This document shows, one piece after another, positions 23,259 through 34,027 of a stretch of DNA of 34,027 nt. Origin of the DNA: Octopus bimaculoides. Its lineage: Eukaryota. The stretch is from positions 36,934,806-36,968,832 of the forward strand of contig NC_068994.1 of assembly GCF_001194135.2 (NCBI RefSeq), in the 5' to 3' direction. Under the pieces are notes generated by a model. That model did no database searches, had not been told where the DNA came from, and worked only from the letters and a program-made list of their open reading frames with translations. How positions within the stretch are numbered: the first letter of the stretch is position 1; each line of letters starts with the position of its first letter. A program made the translations under genes and the position numbers.

Positions 23259-23610
23259 TATATATATATATATGTGTATGTGTGTATATGTATATATATA
23301 TATATATGTGTATGTGTGTATATGTATATATATATATATGTGTATGTGTGTATATGTATATATATATATATGTGTATGTGTGTATATGTATATATATATA
23401 TATATATGTGTATGTGTGTATATGTATATATATATATATATGTGTATGTGTGTATATGTATATATATATATATATATGTGTATGTGTGTATATGTATGTA
23501 TATATAGATGTGTATGTGTGTATATGTATGTATATATAGATGTGTATGTGTGTACATGTATGTATATATATATATATATATATATGTGTACATGTATATA
23601 TATATATATA
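23259..23610. repeat. Higher-order microsatellite array: [(TA)n-TGTGTATGTGTGTATATG] x ~8
   Basis: Unit of roughly 30-36 bp, directly visible. Confidence 0.9.
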
Positions 23611-23964
23611 AAAATACACTCCCCACCACATACTGTGCCTAATTCATTTTTAAAATTTTCCACGTGGAAATTGCGATTTTGAATATGTTGATAATGGAGG
23701 CATCTGATTGGCTGAAATTAGCAAAAATGTCAAAGGCTTTTAACTTTTTTATTATTAATTTTTTCATAATAAATGAATGTGAATTTTGTAGCTAACATGT
23801 AAGACTACATCTGTATAAAAAAATTTCAAAAACTAGTAAATAAATAAAAAAGACAAATATATCGAGCATAGTGAATAAAACCTGAAATGTACATCTATGT
23901 TGTATTTTACAGAAAAAGAAATTTATTTAATGACAGAGTGGATAACGGAAATTTAGTTTTAGTA

Positions 23965-24191
23965 TAGTACAAATTTACATTATTTACATTATCTACATTT
24001 GACGGATATTCGTCCTCATCTTGTTTGTTGTTAACACAACGTTTCGGCTGATATACCCTCCAGCCTTCGTCAGGTGTCTTGTTGTGTTAACAACAAACAA
24101 GATGAGGACGAATATCCGTCAAATGTAGATAATGTAAATAATGTAAATAATTCCTCATCTCTTAAATATAGAACTGTATTAGTACAAATTT
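23965..24191. mobile_element. Short Penelope-like insertion: perfect 68-bp inverted repeat around a hammerhead core, with a 12-bp flanking direct repeat
   Basis: Arms 23973-24040 and 24081-24148; TAGTACAAATTT at 23965-23976 and 24180-24191. Confidence 0.8.
24033..24078 (-). ncRNA. Minimal type I hammerhead ribozyme with intact core
   Basis: Minus strand: GACAC-CUGACGA-A-GGCUG-GAGGGUAUAU-CAGCC-GAAA-CG-UU | GUGUU. Helix I 5 bp (one G.U), helix II 5 bp, ACGU palindromic helix III, GUU triplet. Confidence 0.75.
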
Positions 24192-24754
24192 GTCTTATAT
24201 TATAAAACACCCCTGAAATGTATATAAAATTATTTAAAAGAGAAATTTTATATCTGAATTCATGAAATGAAATATTACAATACAGCTCTCCGATATCAAT
24301 GTTATAACAACACAGCTACAATAAATGTATGCTGTAAAATGAGCATACATTGGAATCGCCTATGCCAACTAAAGCCAATATATCAGGCCTGTCTTGCTCA
24401 AAATGTAATAATTCTAGACAGCAATATTAAACACATGTTATTGAAGAGAACATTATCTGGTTGGACTTAGTTATTGAATTCATATCTCCCCACAATTTTT
24501 CTTTCTTTTTTTTTTTTTTTTTTTTTTTTTTTTGATAAACTCATTTCAAATAACAGCTGACAACAACATAGAAATATGAGAGGAGTGAGAGAGGGAGAGA
24601 AAGAGAGAGAAGGAGAGACGAAGGAGAAGCTCAGGCTCTATGTTATATTTTGAAAAGAGATACAATTGTATATCAAATCTCAGTAACATTAGCAAGCAGT
24701 CACTGCAGTAGCAAAACAGAGCTATAAACTAATGATTTATTCACCCTCACAGTT

Positions 24755-24800
24755 TTCGTTTTAATGTCCATTTTTCTCAGGCTGGCATGGGTTGGTCAAT
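24755..24800 (-). mobile_element. Very short RTE 3'-end fragment
   Basis: TTTAATGTCCATTTTTC...GCTGGCATGGGTTGG matches 31905-31938. Confidence 0.6.
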
Positions 24801-24952
24801 AAATTTAGTGATTATTGAAAGCGTTTTGGGTGAGTGCTTTTTGGATGAATGCTTTTCTCAGTAATAGAGAAGACTAAGTTCTGTGTTAATTAAGACATCT
24901 ACTCTATGACATTTGCTTATTACATGGAGGTTCCTCTTAATTTCAAGAGGAT

Positions 24953-24970
24953 GGGGTGGGGTGGGGTGGG
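24953..24970 (+). other. G-quadruplex-forming motif GGGG-T-GGGG-T-GGGG-T-GGG
   Basis: Four G-tracts with 1-nt loops. Confidence 0.7.
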
Positions 24971-25639
24971 ATGGTGTAAAGAAAAGGAAAAAAAAAAAGA
25001 ATTCTATATACAAAATCAATGCTGTTGATAAAATATTTCAGCTACTGGTATGTAACAAGCCTAATAACCTACTAGAGATTTTNNNNNNNNNNNNNNNNNN
25101 NNNNNNNNNNNNNNNNNNNNNNNNNNNNNNNNNNNNNNNAAAAGGAAAAAAAAAAAAGAATTCTATATACAAAATCAATGCTGTTGATAAAATATTTCAA
25201 CTATTGGTATGCCATGATTCTTGTAATCTACAAAAGTTTATCTTTGAATGTGGGCATGGGGGGAGTGTGGGGAGGGGGAAAGTAGAGAACTGCAGAGGAT
25301 GTGTATTTATATACTGAATTTCAGAGGTAAAATAAAAAAAAAATTATAAATTCAAAATCGATTTTGTTGATAAAATATTTCAGCTACTGGTATGTAACAA
25401 GCCTAATAACCTACTAGAGATTTTGTGTGTGTGTGTGTGTGTGTGAAACCACTGAAAAGTTGCCTTTATATGATGTAACAAATGCAAGTCAGCATCACTG
25501 AACTCTTATGGCTTGCCAAACTATTGACTACAGGTGAACTAGCAAGTATGAACACTGAATTTTAGAGGAAGAAATATATAGATTTGTATTAATATTAATT
25601 TCTTAAAAAGAAACCATCTTAGAATAATCCAGAAAAGAA

Positions 25640-25985
25640 GCTACTATGTAGTTAGCTGACCTTCTAGAAATACCTACCAAATGTCCTTCAAACCACACCC
25701 TACCATCTTGAACTAAGAAAAATACATTATATGAATATAATAGTATATAAACCACTGGATATGCTCTGACATGCCTTTGCCACTATTTGCTCTCTTTTTC
25801 AAATGAGGTAACCATGTATCTCCCTTGCAGCATGACACTTGCTCCACTGTTCTACTATCATACTTTAACCTCTCATCACCTAACATAAAGCCACATCCGA
25901 TATAAAGTTATGATAGTCACAGCTGGAACACTTTTGAATATGTCTCTGCTTCATCAAAGCCGATTTGTGAGACACACAACAACAG
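25640..25985 (-). repeat. Unclassified dispersed repeat (family C), second copy
   Basis: Two blocks (25645-25712 and 25910-25985) align with 12521-12730 in reverse orientation. Confidence 0.55.
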
Positions 25986-26078
25986 TAACAAAAGTTTCAT
26001 CTTACAAAGATGCCTATCTTGTAACCTGTGGTAAGAGCTGCCCTGGGGTGTTCTTTCCTGATACTTGGTTCAGTTGGT

Positions 26079-26464
26079 TTATTCTTTTATTCCTTTATTT
26101 GGTTCAGTCATTTGACTGTGGCCATGCTGGAGCACCGCCTTTAGTCGAAGAAATCAACCCCAGGGCTTATTCTTTGTAAGCTTAGTACTTATTCTATCGG
26201 TCTCTTTTGCTGAACCTCTAAGTTATAGGGATATAAACACACCAACATCAGTTGTCAAGCGATGATGGGGGGACAAACTCAGATACACAGACACACACAC
26301 ACATATATATACAGTGGGCTTCTTTCAGTTTCCGTCTACCAAATCCACTCACAAGACTTTGGTCGACCTGAAGCTATTTTAACAGACACTTGCCCAAGGT
26401 ACCATGCATTGGGACTGGACCCGGAACCATGTGTTGGGAAGCAAGTTCCTTACCACACAGCCAC
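26079..26464 (-). mobile_element. SINE family A, full length
   Basis: tRNA-like head at 26420-26464, central TTTCAGTTTCCGTCTACCAAATCCACTCACAAG domain, short CA/TA spacer, 3' tail. Confidence 0.9.
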
Positions 26465-26491
26465 ATCATAGAAATAAAGTCCCTGTCAACT

Positions 26492-26727
26492 TTAACCCTT
26501 TAGCATTCAGCTTACTTTGTCAAATGTAATGCTTACATATTCACATATTTTTGAATTAATCATAAATTAACTTGTAACTTAGAAATTTCAATAATGTGAT
26601 TGCTTACTTTTAGAATGACATTGTGGGGTTGGTGTGAGATATTGGATTCGGTTGCTTTGAAGATAAAACAGGTAAACATATTTGGGCTGGATATGGCTGA
26701 TTTTAAACCTAATGTTAAACGGTTTAA
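26492..26727. mobile_element. piggyBac-like non-autonomous element (MITE), decayed
   Basis: Left end TTAA-CCCTTTAGCATT; right end AATGTTAAACGG-T-TTAA is a degenerate inverted copy of it; no ORF. TTAA target and CCC end are piggyBac hallmarks. Confidence 0.55.
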
Positions 26728-26740
26728 GCTAAAGTAAAAC

Positions 26741-26747
26741 AAGCCTG

Positions 26748-26824
<77 letters not shown>

Positions 26825-27110
26825 TGTATGTATGTATGTATGTATGTATTTATGTATGTATGTATGTATGTGTGTGTGTGTGTGTGTTTGTGTGTCTGTG
26901 TTTGTGCCCCCACCAACATCGCTTGACAACCGATGCTGGTGTGTTTACATCCCCCATAACTTAGCGGTTCAGCAAAAGAGACTGATAGAATAAGTACTAG
27001 GCTTACAAAGAATAAGTCCTGGGGTCGATTTGCTCGACTAAAGGCAGTGCTCCAGCATGGCCACAGCCAAATGACTGAAACAAGTAAGTGAGATAAAAGA
27101 GATAAAAGAG
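26741..27110 (+). mobile_element. SINE family A, 5'-truncated, with expanded internal (TA)n(TATG)n(TG)n
   Basis: AAGCCTGTC, then the microsatellite, then CATCGCTTGACAACCGATGCTGG...GACTGAAACAAGTA and an AGATAAAAG tandem tail. Confidence 0.9.
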
Positions 27111-27624
27111 ACATCTTTAGTATGTCCTTTTCCAGTAAATATTTTCTATACTTTTTTAACACATTAATAAACCAAACAAACACACTCTCCCCACCTCTCT
27201 CTCTCTAAAATCCAAAAAATTGGGTACAATTTTAGATCTTTGCAAACTTCATTTCAAAAATTGGTCCTATTTTCCTTTGCACATTAGATTGATTTACATA
27301 CCAGCAGTAGATTAACAGTTTTACCAGTTTTACTGGCTAATAAAAAATAGATTAACAATGACTGTTTGTGATAAAATTACAAACTGTTCATTGGAATTAA
27401 AAGATTGCATTGAGTGATTTGCATGGAAACAATTAGTGTAGGTCTTGAAGTATTAATCTGTGTAACAAGAGAAAAATATGCAAGGCGAAGAGAAGGCCAA
27501 TGCTGCAAATACATTAAGATTCAATAAGGTCAACGAATCTTGGGCATCAGTTGAGAACAGATACAGCTGATCAATGTTACATATGGACAATAGTTAAAAT
27601 ACAGTTTATAGGAAAAGGCATTAT

Positions 27625-27760
27625 TGGTTATGGGCGACAGTGGTAATGATAACGGTGGTGGCCATTGTTGTTGTAATGAGGGTAATGTTGATAGTGGTGG
27701 TGGTGTTGGTGGTGATGGCGATGCAGTTGCTGTTGAGGGTGGTGATGAGGATGATGTATG
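27625..27760. repeat. Degenerate GGT/GAT/GTT trinucleotide low-complexity tract
   Basis: Direct reading. Confidence 0.8.
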
Positions 27761-28703
27761 TCAAGAACAGAAAAATGTTTATAACTTTAACCAGCAGCAA
27801 CTTAATAAATGCCAGCAAACTGCAGTCTGTGAGTCATGACAAACAGCATCAATCCTACTTATTTAATTCTTAGAGAGGATTTACTGGTGAACTGTGAGCA
27901 ACAATATAGATTAAAAATCTGAAGTGAGCATATTAGAGTTTGGCTTGTGTGTTTGAGAAACCGCAGAAGGTCAATGATAATGCAGCAGTTGTCGTATTCC
28001 TAGGAGATGTATAAACATTGTAGAAATTATTATTTTTTAAATGTGCTGAATAAATTTATTACTTGGTTATTAAAAGTTCCTGGGAAATTTATTAACAAAT
28101 TTAAAAGGAATTGTCTGTTTTCCTTTTTCTTCTATTATACTGAAAGTACAATTAAAAAAAAAACAAACTTGAAACATCTTAAATACATTGAGTGTACAAA
28201 GAGTGTAAAAGTTCAGTTTCAAGCTATATTATTTTACTTTTGTGATATACATACTAAATAGTTTTAATGCAATCAGGAACCAGATGTCTGCTACCAACAA
28301 AAGATATTTTTAAAATATAACAACCAATGTGAATAATGATCAGTTTTTAACTTGTCATGAGGCCATTTCTATCAATGATAGTAAATACAGGCTAGCAACT
28401 CAGAGAACTCGCAGATTTATTTTGAATATAAAAAATGCAGTTGAATACGATTCACTATTTCAAAGACGATTACCAAAGTTCTTCTGCTGAGTTAAATCTA
28501 CTGCAAACCACTTTGCTTTTGTCTAGCACAAATTTTCTTCTGTCTTTTTTGTTTTATTAGTAACATTTGAAGTGTGACAAGGCCTTTGAACATATCTGAC
28601 ATGAGAAATCTTTTGCAATGCTTCCTAATAATGAGTGTCATTGATGATTTTACCCCAGAAATAAGACCTTTCTGCTAGACTGCCCCATTGCAGTGTGTGT
28701 TTA

Positions 28704-28736
<33 letters not shown>

Positions 28737-28751
28737 TAACAGGAGGACTGT

Positions 28752-28925
28752 ATGATCTCAGATCGTTCAATCATCTCAGGTATACATTAAGGCTCAGTCA
28801 TCTCTCCTGCACTTTTTTCTTTCTCTAAATTAAGGCTCTTCATGCTACCACGTGTTACTATACTTACAATATTCTATGCAGATGACACAAACTTATATCT
28901 TCCTTCACTGCCTCATTTCACATAA
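28752..28925 (+). pseudogene. Decayed non-LTR reverse-transcriptase fragment (CR1/L2/Jockey-type)
   Basis: A single frame from 28779 reads GIH*GSVISPALF...IFYADDTNLY, i.e. the G.PQGS..SP.LF and YADD motifs at near-normal spacing. Confidence 0.7.
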
Positions 28926-29702
28926 ATTCCCAATTCTTCCCTACAAGTATTCAAACCCTCATACATTGAAATTCAACCAGTATCAACTTAAAATTTAATT
29001 TCAAGGGTTTGAGAAAATCAGTGCCCATAATATGAAGGAATTAAAATTCCGATAGACTATACCACCATTTCCTAATCCAACTAAATTATTACAACAGAAA
29101 TATGAAAGAAGTAGTGACATTCTGGACGATGTGAAACTCATGGTTTGCAAAATTTTAGATTTCAGAAAAGTCTCTCTCTCTCATATCTGAAAGGTATTAA
29201 AATATAGAATGGTCTTTCTCTCACTCTCTCTCTCTCTCTGTTATCTGACTGACTTACTCTGTCATTTGGTTCAATATCACCACCTCTTCTTTGAGTACCT
29301 TAAGTAGGGGTACCCTCTGTTGCACGCATTCAGCCTAAGTCTCTGTTTAAGAGATAACTTCCTCCTTTCCCTCCCCACCTACCTAGGAGGATTTCTCTTT
29401 TGGTAACATTGTTACTGTCATAGGGGAAGCATAAGCATCAGGGCTTCTTAATTTCTTTCATGTAAAATATCTTGAAATATGTCTGTCTTTCTGTCTATAT
29501 ACATACCTGTATGTGCATACATACATGCATGCATGCATGCATACATACATACATACATACATGAATATGTATATAGAGTCATACATCCATCCGTCTGTCT
29601 GTCTGTCTGTCCATCCGTTCACCTGTATGTATGTGTGTATCTGAGAAAAGAATGATTAAAAATAAACCTCATAGAAACCACACACACACACACCACACAT
29701 AT

Positions 29703-29921
29703 ACTCATGAGCTGGCAGAAACGTTAGCACACTGGACAAAATGCTTAGCGGTATTTCGTCTGAGTTCAAATTCTTCCGAGGTTGATTTTGCCTTTCATTC
29801 TTTCGGGATCAATTAAATAAGTACCAGTTATGCACTGGGGTCGATATAATCGACTTAATCCGTTTGCCTGTCCTTGTTTGTCCCTTCTGTGTGTAGCCCC
29901 TTGTGGATAGTAAAGAAATAA
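29703..29921 (+). mobile_element. SINE family B, well preserved
   Basis: GAGCTGGCAGAAACGTTAGC head, GAGTTCAAATTC B-box-like motif, GCCTTTCAT.CTTTCGGG.TC.AT.AAATAAGTACCAG core (Deu/Nin-like; inference). Confidence 0.88.
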
Positions 29922-31585
29922 CACATATACTCACATACACATACGTATATGTATGTATGTAGATATTAAATATATTGTTAGTCAATGAGGAAAACAAAAT
30001 AGGCATCATAAAGTTAGCTATATGTTTGTAAGCAAGCTTATAGAGAAATTTTGGGCGGGTATCTCTGCATTTCCATCAAACCTGATATTAGGAATGCCAT
30101 GAAAATCATAACACCTCCTGTATTCCATCTTTAAAAATTTAAGCTTTTCTGATACCATAAATTCTTGAAATAGAGTTCAAACACATACAAAGCAATTACT
30201 AAATTAGAACATAACAGTAATAGAATATATTCATTATGTTTATTCACATAACCTATGTGTAATCACATATGTTCAACATGAAGGTAAGATCAAATAACAA
30301 CACATGGGATATATAAATTCTATTTAATTCTTCATGGAATTAGTGGTGATATTTTAATGACTACACAATTAAATTATTTGTTTGATTTGATTAACGCTAA
30401 ATTAATTGCTTAAAAGGAGAAAGATTATACAAGACAAGTGGTTTTAATTTTTTGTTTTTATTTTAATTTCCTATGCTGAAAAATATTTACCACTAAGTTT
30501 AATATTTTCTCTTGAAAATTGCTCAAAATAAAGAGAAAGTAATTTGCAAACAATATAAAATTGAAAATATTGCAAAGAGTTGGTAGAGAATTTCATATAC
30601 ATAAATACTCACACATACGTACATACACACATACATGTATGCATGCATACATAGCCAAGTGGTCATATGCATACATACATATATATACACATGAGTGTGT
30701 GTATGTGTATGTATTTTATGTATGTATATATGTATAAATTATTTATAGATATATTCATACATACATATCCCGCAACACTTGCCCACATACACACACTCAC
30801 ACACACACATACACACAAAGATACATAAAATCAATGAGTAAGTAAAGATAGTTGTTTTACAAACAGGCCAACAATGTACCATTATTTATAAAATAATGAA
30901 TGAAGTGTGACACCGAAGAGTGCAAATGTCAAAATGTAATCAATTAATCTTTTTAATTACATACTCACTCTCATATTTTCTATGAAAACTTATTATTTAT
31001 TGACTGCCATTTCAATTCGTTTCGCTCCCCCGCCATTTCCCTTTCTCTGTCTTTACCTTCTTGTTCTTTCAGTTATTCTGTATCCCTCCCCACTCCTTCT
31101 GTTTCTCTTTCTACTTTTGTCTTTCTGTTTCTCTTTCTCTCTTCTTTTCCATCACATAATTTCAGGGTGCACAACCAATGAAATGGCTTTACAGAAAATT
31201 ATAAAATGGAAAAATTGCAATATAAACTTCAGTGACAAATCTCTCCATCACCATCCCTACCCTGAATTAAATTGTATATTATTTACAATGATTTCAGAAT
31301 AACTCCTGGTGTATATGTATGCGTGTGTTCATGTGTATTTGGACAGACATTCATTCTTCCTTCACACACATATGCATGCATTATCTTGTAGCTGACTCTG
31401 AATTAAATTTAATATCTATATCTAAAAGAAAAACATATTAAAAAATATTAATTATCTCTCATAAATATGACAATATGACAAACACAGTCAATTGTTTGAC
31501 AGAGATAGTCATCAATGAGAGTTTAGCCTGACTGACCTGGAAGTAGTTTTCTAGGATTTTAGTAGTTTCTTCATAGACAACTATG

Positions 31586-31632
<47 letters not shown>

Positions 31633-31883
31633 TTATACATATATTCATGCACACATATATCTTTATATACATATATGCATGTAGACATACATATAAATAT
31701 ATGTGTGTGTGTGTTCATTTAAAATTATTATTTTAAAGCAAGTTCAAGAATAGCAACAGAAAATTTATATGATGGGACAGCACAATACTAAAATTAGAGG
31801 TAAATCTATTATGAGACTTTTTTAGTGGGGTTTCAAATTTTGCCTGGTGTCTTATTGAATTGGTCATGTGCATGCATGTATGC

Positions 31884-33340
31884 ATCATCATCATCCTCAT
31901 CATCATTTAATGTCCGCTTTCCATGCTGGCATGGGTTGGGCAGTTTGATTTGAGGACTTGCAAGCCAGGAGGCTGCACCAGGCTTCGATCTGATCCAGCA
32001 AGGTTTCTACAGCTGGATGCCCTTTTTAACGCCAACCATTCCAAGAGTGAAATAGGTGCAACCGGCATGGGAGCCAGTCAAGTTGCATTGGCATCGGCCA
32101 CACTCAAATGGTGCTTTTTACATACCATTGGCACAGGAGCTAGTCAGGTGGCACTGGCATCGACCATGCTCGAATGGTGCTTTTTATGTGCCACTGTCAT
32201 GGATGCCAGTCAGGTGACACTGGTATTGGCCACACTTGAATGGTGTTTTTTACATGCCACCAGCATGGGTGCCAGTCAGACAGCACTGATATCGGCCACA
32301 ACTACGATTTCACTTGACTCAACAGATCTTCTCAAGCATTGCATATTGTGTGATGATTAAAGAGTATTTTTAAACGGGCCAGTTATGTGAGACACTGGCA
32401 TCAGCCATGGCTATGATCTCACTTGGCTTGCTGGGTCCTCTTGAGCACAGCATATCTCCAAAGGTCTCAGTCACTTGCTTGCCATTGCCTTTGTGAGGCC
32501 CAACATTCAAAAGTCATGCTTCACCACTTCATCCCATGTCTTCCTGCTTCTGCCTCTTCCACATGTTTCCTCCTCTGTTAGGGTGTGACACTTCACACAG
32601 CTGTCCTCATCCATACGCAACACATGACCACACCAGTGCAGTTGTCTCTCTTGCACATCACATCTGATGCTTCTTATGTCCAACTTTTCTCTCAGGGTTG
32701 TGTATGCAAACTGACATTACACACCCAATAGAGCATACTAGCTTCATTTCTTTGAAGCCTATGCATATTCTCAGCAGTCACAATCCATGTTTCATTACTG
32801 TGTAGCATGGCCATTCACACACATGCATCATACGGTCTACCTTTCACTCTGAGAGAGAGGCTCTTTGTTCCCAGGACTTTGCCTAGGTTATTCTTATTCT
32901 AGCAGATATGCTCTCAGAGCATCCACCCCTGCTACTGACTTGGTCAACTAGGTAACGGAAGCTATCAACTACTTCTAGTTTTTCCCCCAGCAAGTGATAG
33001 AATCTGTTTTCTGTATATCTTCAGTGTCTATTGCCCCTGTGCATCTGCCACACACAAAAACTGTCTTCTCAGTTAACCCTCCTTTGATATTGCTGTACCT
33101 CTTATGTATCCAAAGCTTACGCCAGGTACATCTTAGGGAGTTTCTACCTACACCTTTTCTACAGAACGGGCAGGGCCACCTAACTGAAGGCATATGTGAT
33201 TTGTCTGCCTTCCTACTTACTAAGATTTGGTTTTTGCTAGATTGACTCTAAGGCCCTTTGGTTCTAGACCTTGTTTCAACACCTGACTCTTCTCTAGTTC
33301 TGGTGGTGACTCAGCTATTAGAGCAAGGTCATCAGCCTAT
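31884..33340 (-). mobile_element. 5'-truncated RTE-clade LINE (RT C-terminal half, 3' UTR and (ATG)n tail)
   Basis: Minus strand: (Y)ADDLALIAES...GLRVNLAKTK, Cys/His cluster, EVVDSFR, GRLYDACV, LRWCGHVLRMDED, stop at 32419-32421. UTR with tandem repeats; ends in GATGATG near 31884. Confidence 0.9.
32060..32305. repeat. 66-bp tandem repeat (~3.5 copies) in the LINE 3' UTR
   Basis: GC(C/T)AGTCA recurs at 32073, 32139, 32205 and 32271. Confidence 0.92.
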
Positions 33341-33357
33341 ATGTATTTATATATATA

Positions 33358-33530
33358 GGCATGAGGCATGGTTATGAAGTTATCTTCCCAATAATGTGGT
33401 TTCAGGTTCAGTCCTACTCAGTGGCACCATGATCAAATGTCTTCTACTATAGCTTCAGGGCACCCAAAGCCTTGTGAGTGTAGTTGGTACATAGTAGCTA
33501 AAAGAAGCCAGTTGAATATATGTATATATG
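33358..33530 (+). mobile_element. SINE family A, 5' half
   Basis: GGTTCAGTCC B-box-like motif, GTCTTCTACTATAGC, CAAAGCCTTGTGAGTG..TTGGTA...AAAGAAGCC, then a TA tract. Confidence 0.8.
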
Positions 33531-34027
33531 ATGAAGATGATAATGTTTGTCAACTGGTGACTGATGAAGACCATCACTAACCATTGCCCATGGAAAATGG
33601 CAAGCAATGCCAGTGCATGTGATTGCACAGCAATTGGCTTCACCCAGGTCTGCATCCATAGCTTCAAGCTCACCATGGCACCTACCTACTTGACTAGGCA
33701 TCAGAGAATTACCTCACCAGCAATTGCTCAATATTAAGTCCAATAAGGCTTGCACAACACCTCACAGACCCTCTCCATCTTACTGATGTTATCCCGTGAC
33801 AAACCAATATGGATTGCAGGCTCAGGAATGTGGGAGTACCATGATCTCAAGCACAAGCAAAAGATCCCAAAAATGTGCAAAGTCATTCCCTGCATGTCTG
33901 ATTTTATATCTTCTAGAGATATGCTTTACCAAAAGCTAGAGTACCTCATTCCTAGTTGTCTTCCAACATGCCAGACAGCAATCCAGAATGTCTGAGGGCT
34001 AATGCTTATATATATATATATATATAT

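Noticed and set aside
27621-27873. Three overlapping ORFs (Gly/Asp-, Val- or Thr-rich)
   Set aside because: Explained by a degenerate trinucleotide tract lacking stop codons.
32060-32305. CRISPR-like array
   Set aside because: The whole 66-bp unit repeats with no unique spacers; eukaryotic LINE UTR context.

Overview
This is an AT-rich, microsatellite-dense, gap-containing animal genomic window. The repeat style suggests an Octopus-type cephalopod draft assembly (inference). I can support no host protein-coding gene; most listed ORFs are microsatellite or N-run artefacts. The window is a mosaic of decayed transposons: a near full-length Tc1 element with broken transposase (436-1688), a 5'-truncated RTE-type LINE (31884-33340) plus scattered copies of its 3' tail, two RLE-type non-LTR C-terminal relics, a CR1/L2-like RT relic, two tRNA-headed SINE families in many copies, a TTAA-flanked MITE and an unclassified dispersed repeat. 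Most interesting: (1) two unrelated short repeat families carrying minimal type I hammerhead-ribozyme motifs of the Penelope-like kind, one with an intact core inside a perfect 68-bp inverted repeat flanked by a 12-bp direct repeat (23965-24191); (2) several long fold-back structures (5030-5325, 20845-22732, 26095-27087) that would form dsRNA if transcribed; (3) a PHD-like Cys/His finger sitting inside the RTE reverse-transcriptase domain. All alignments and identities were judged by eye.
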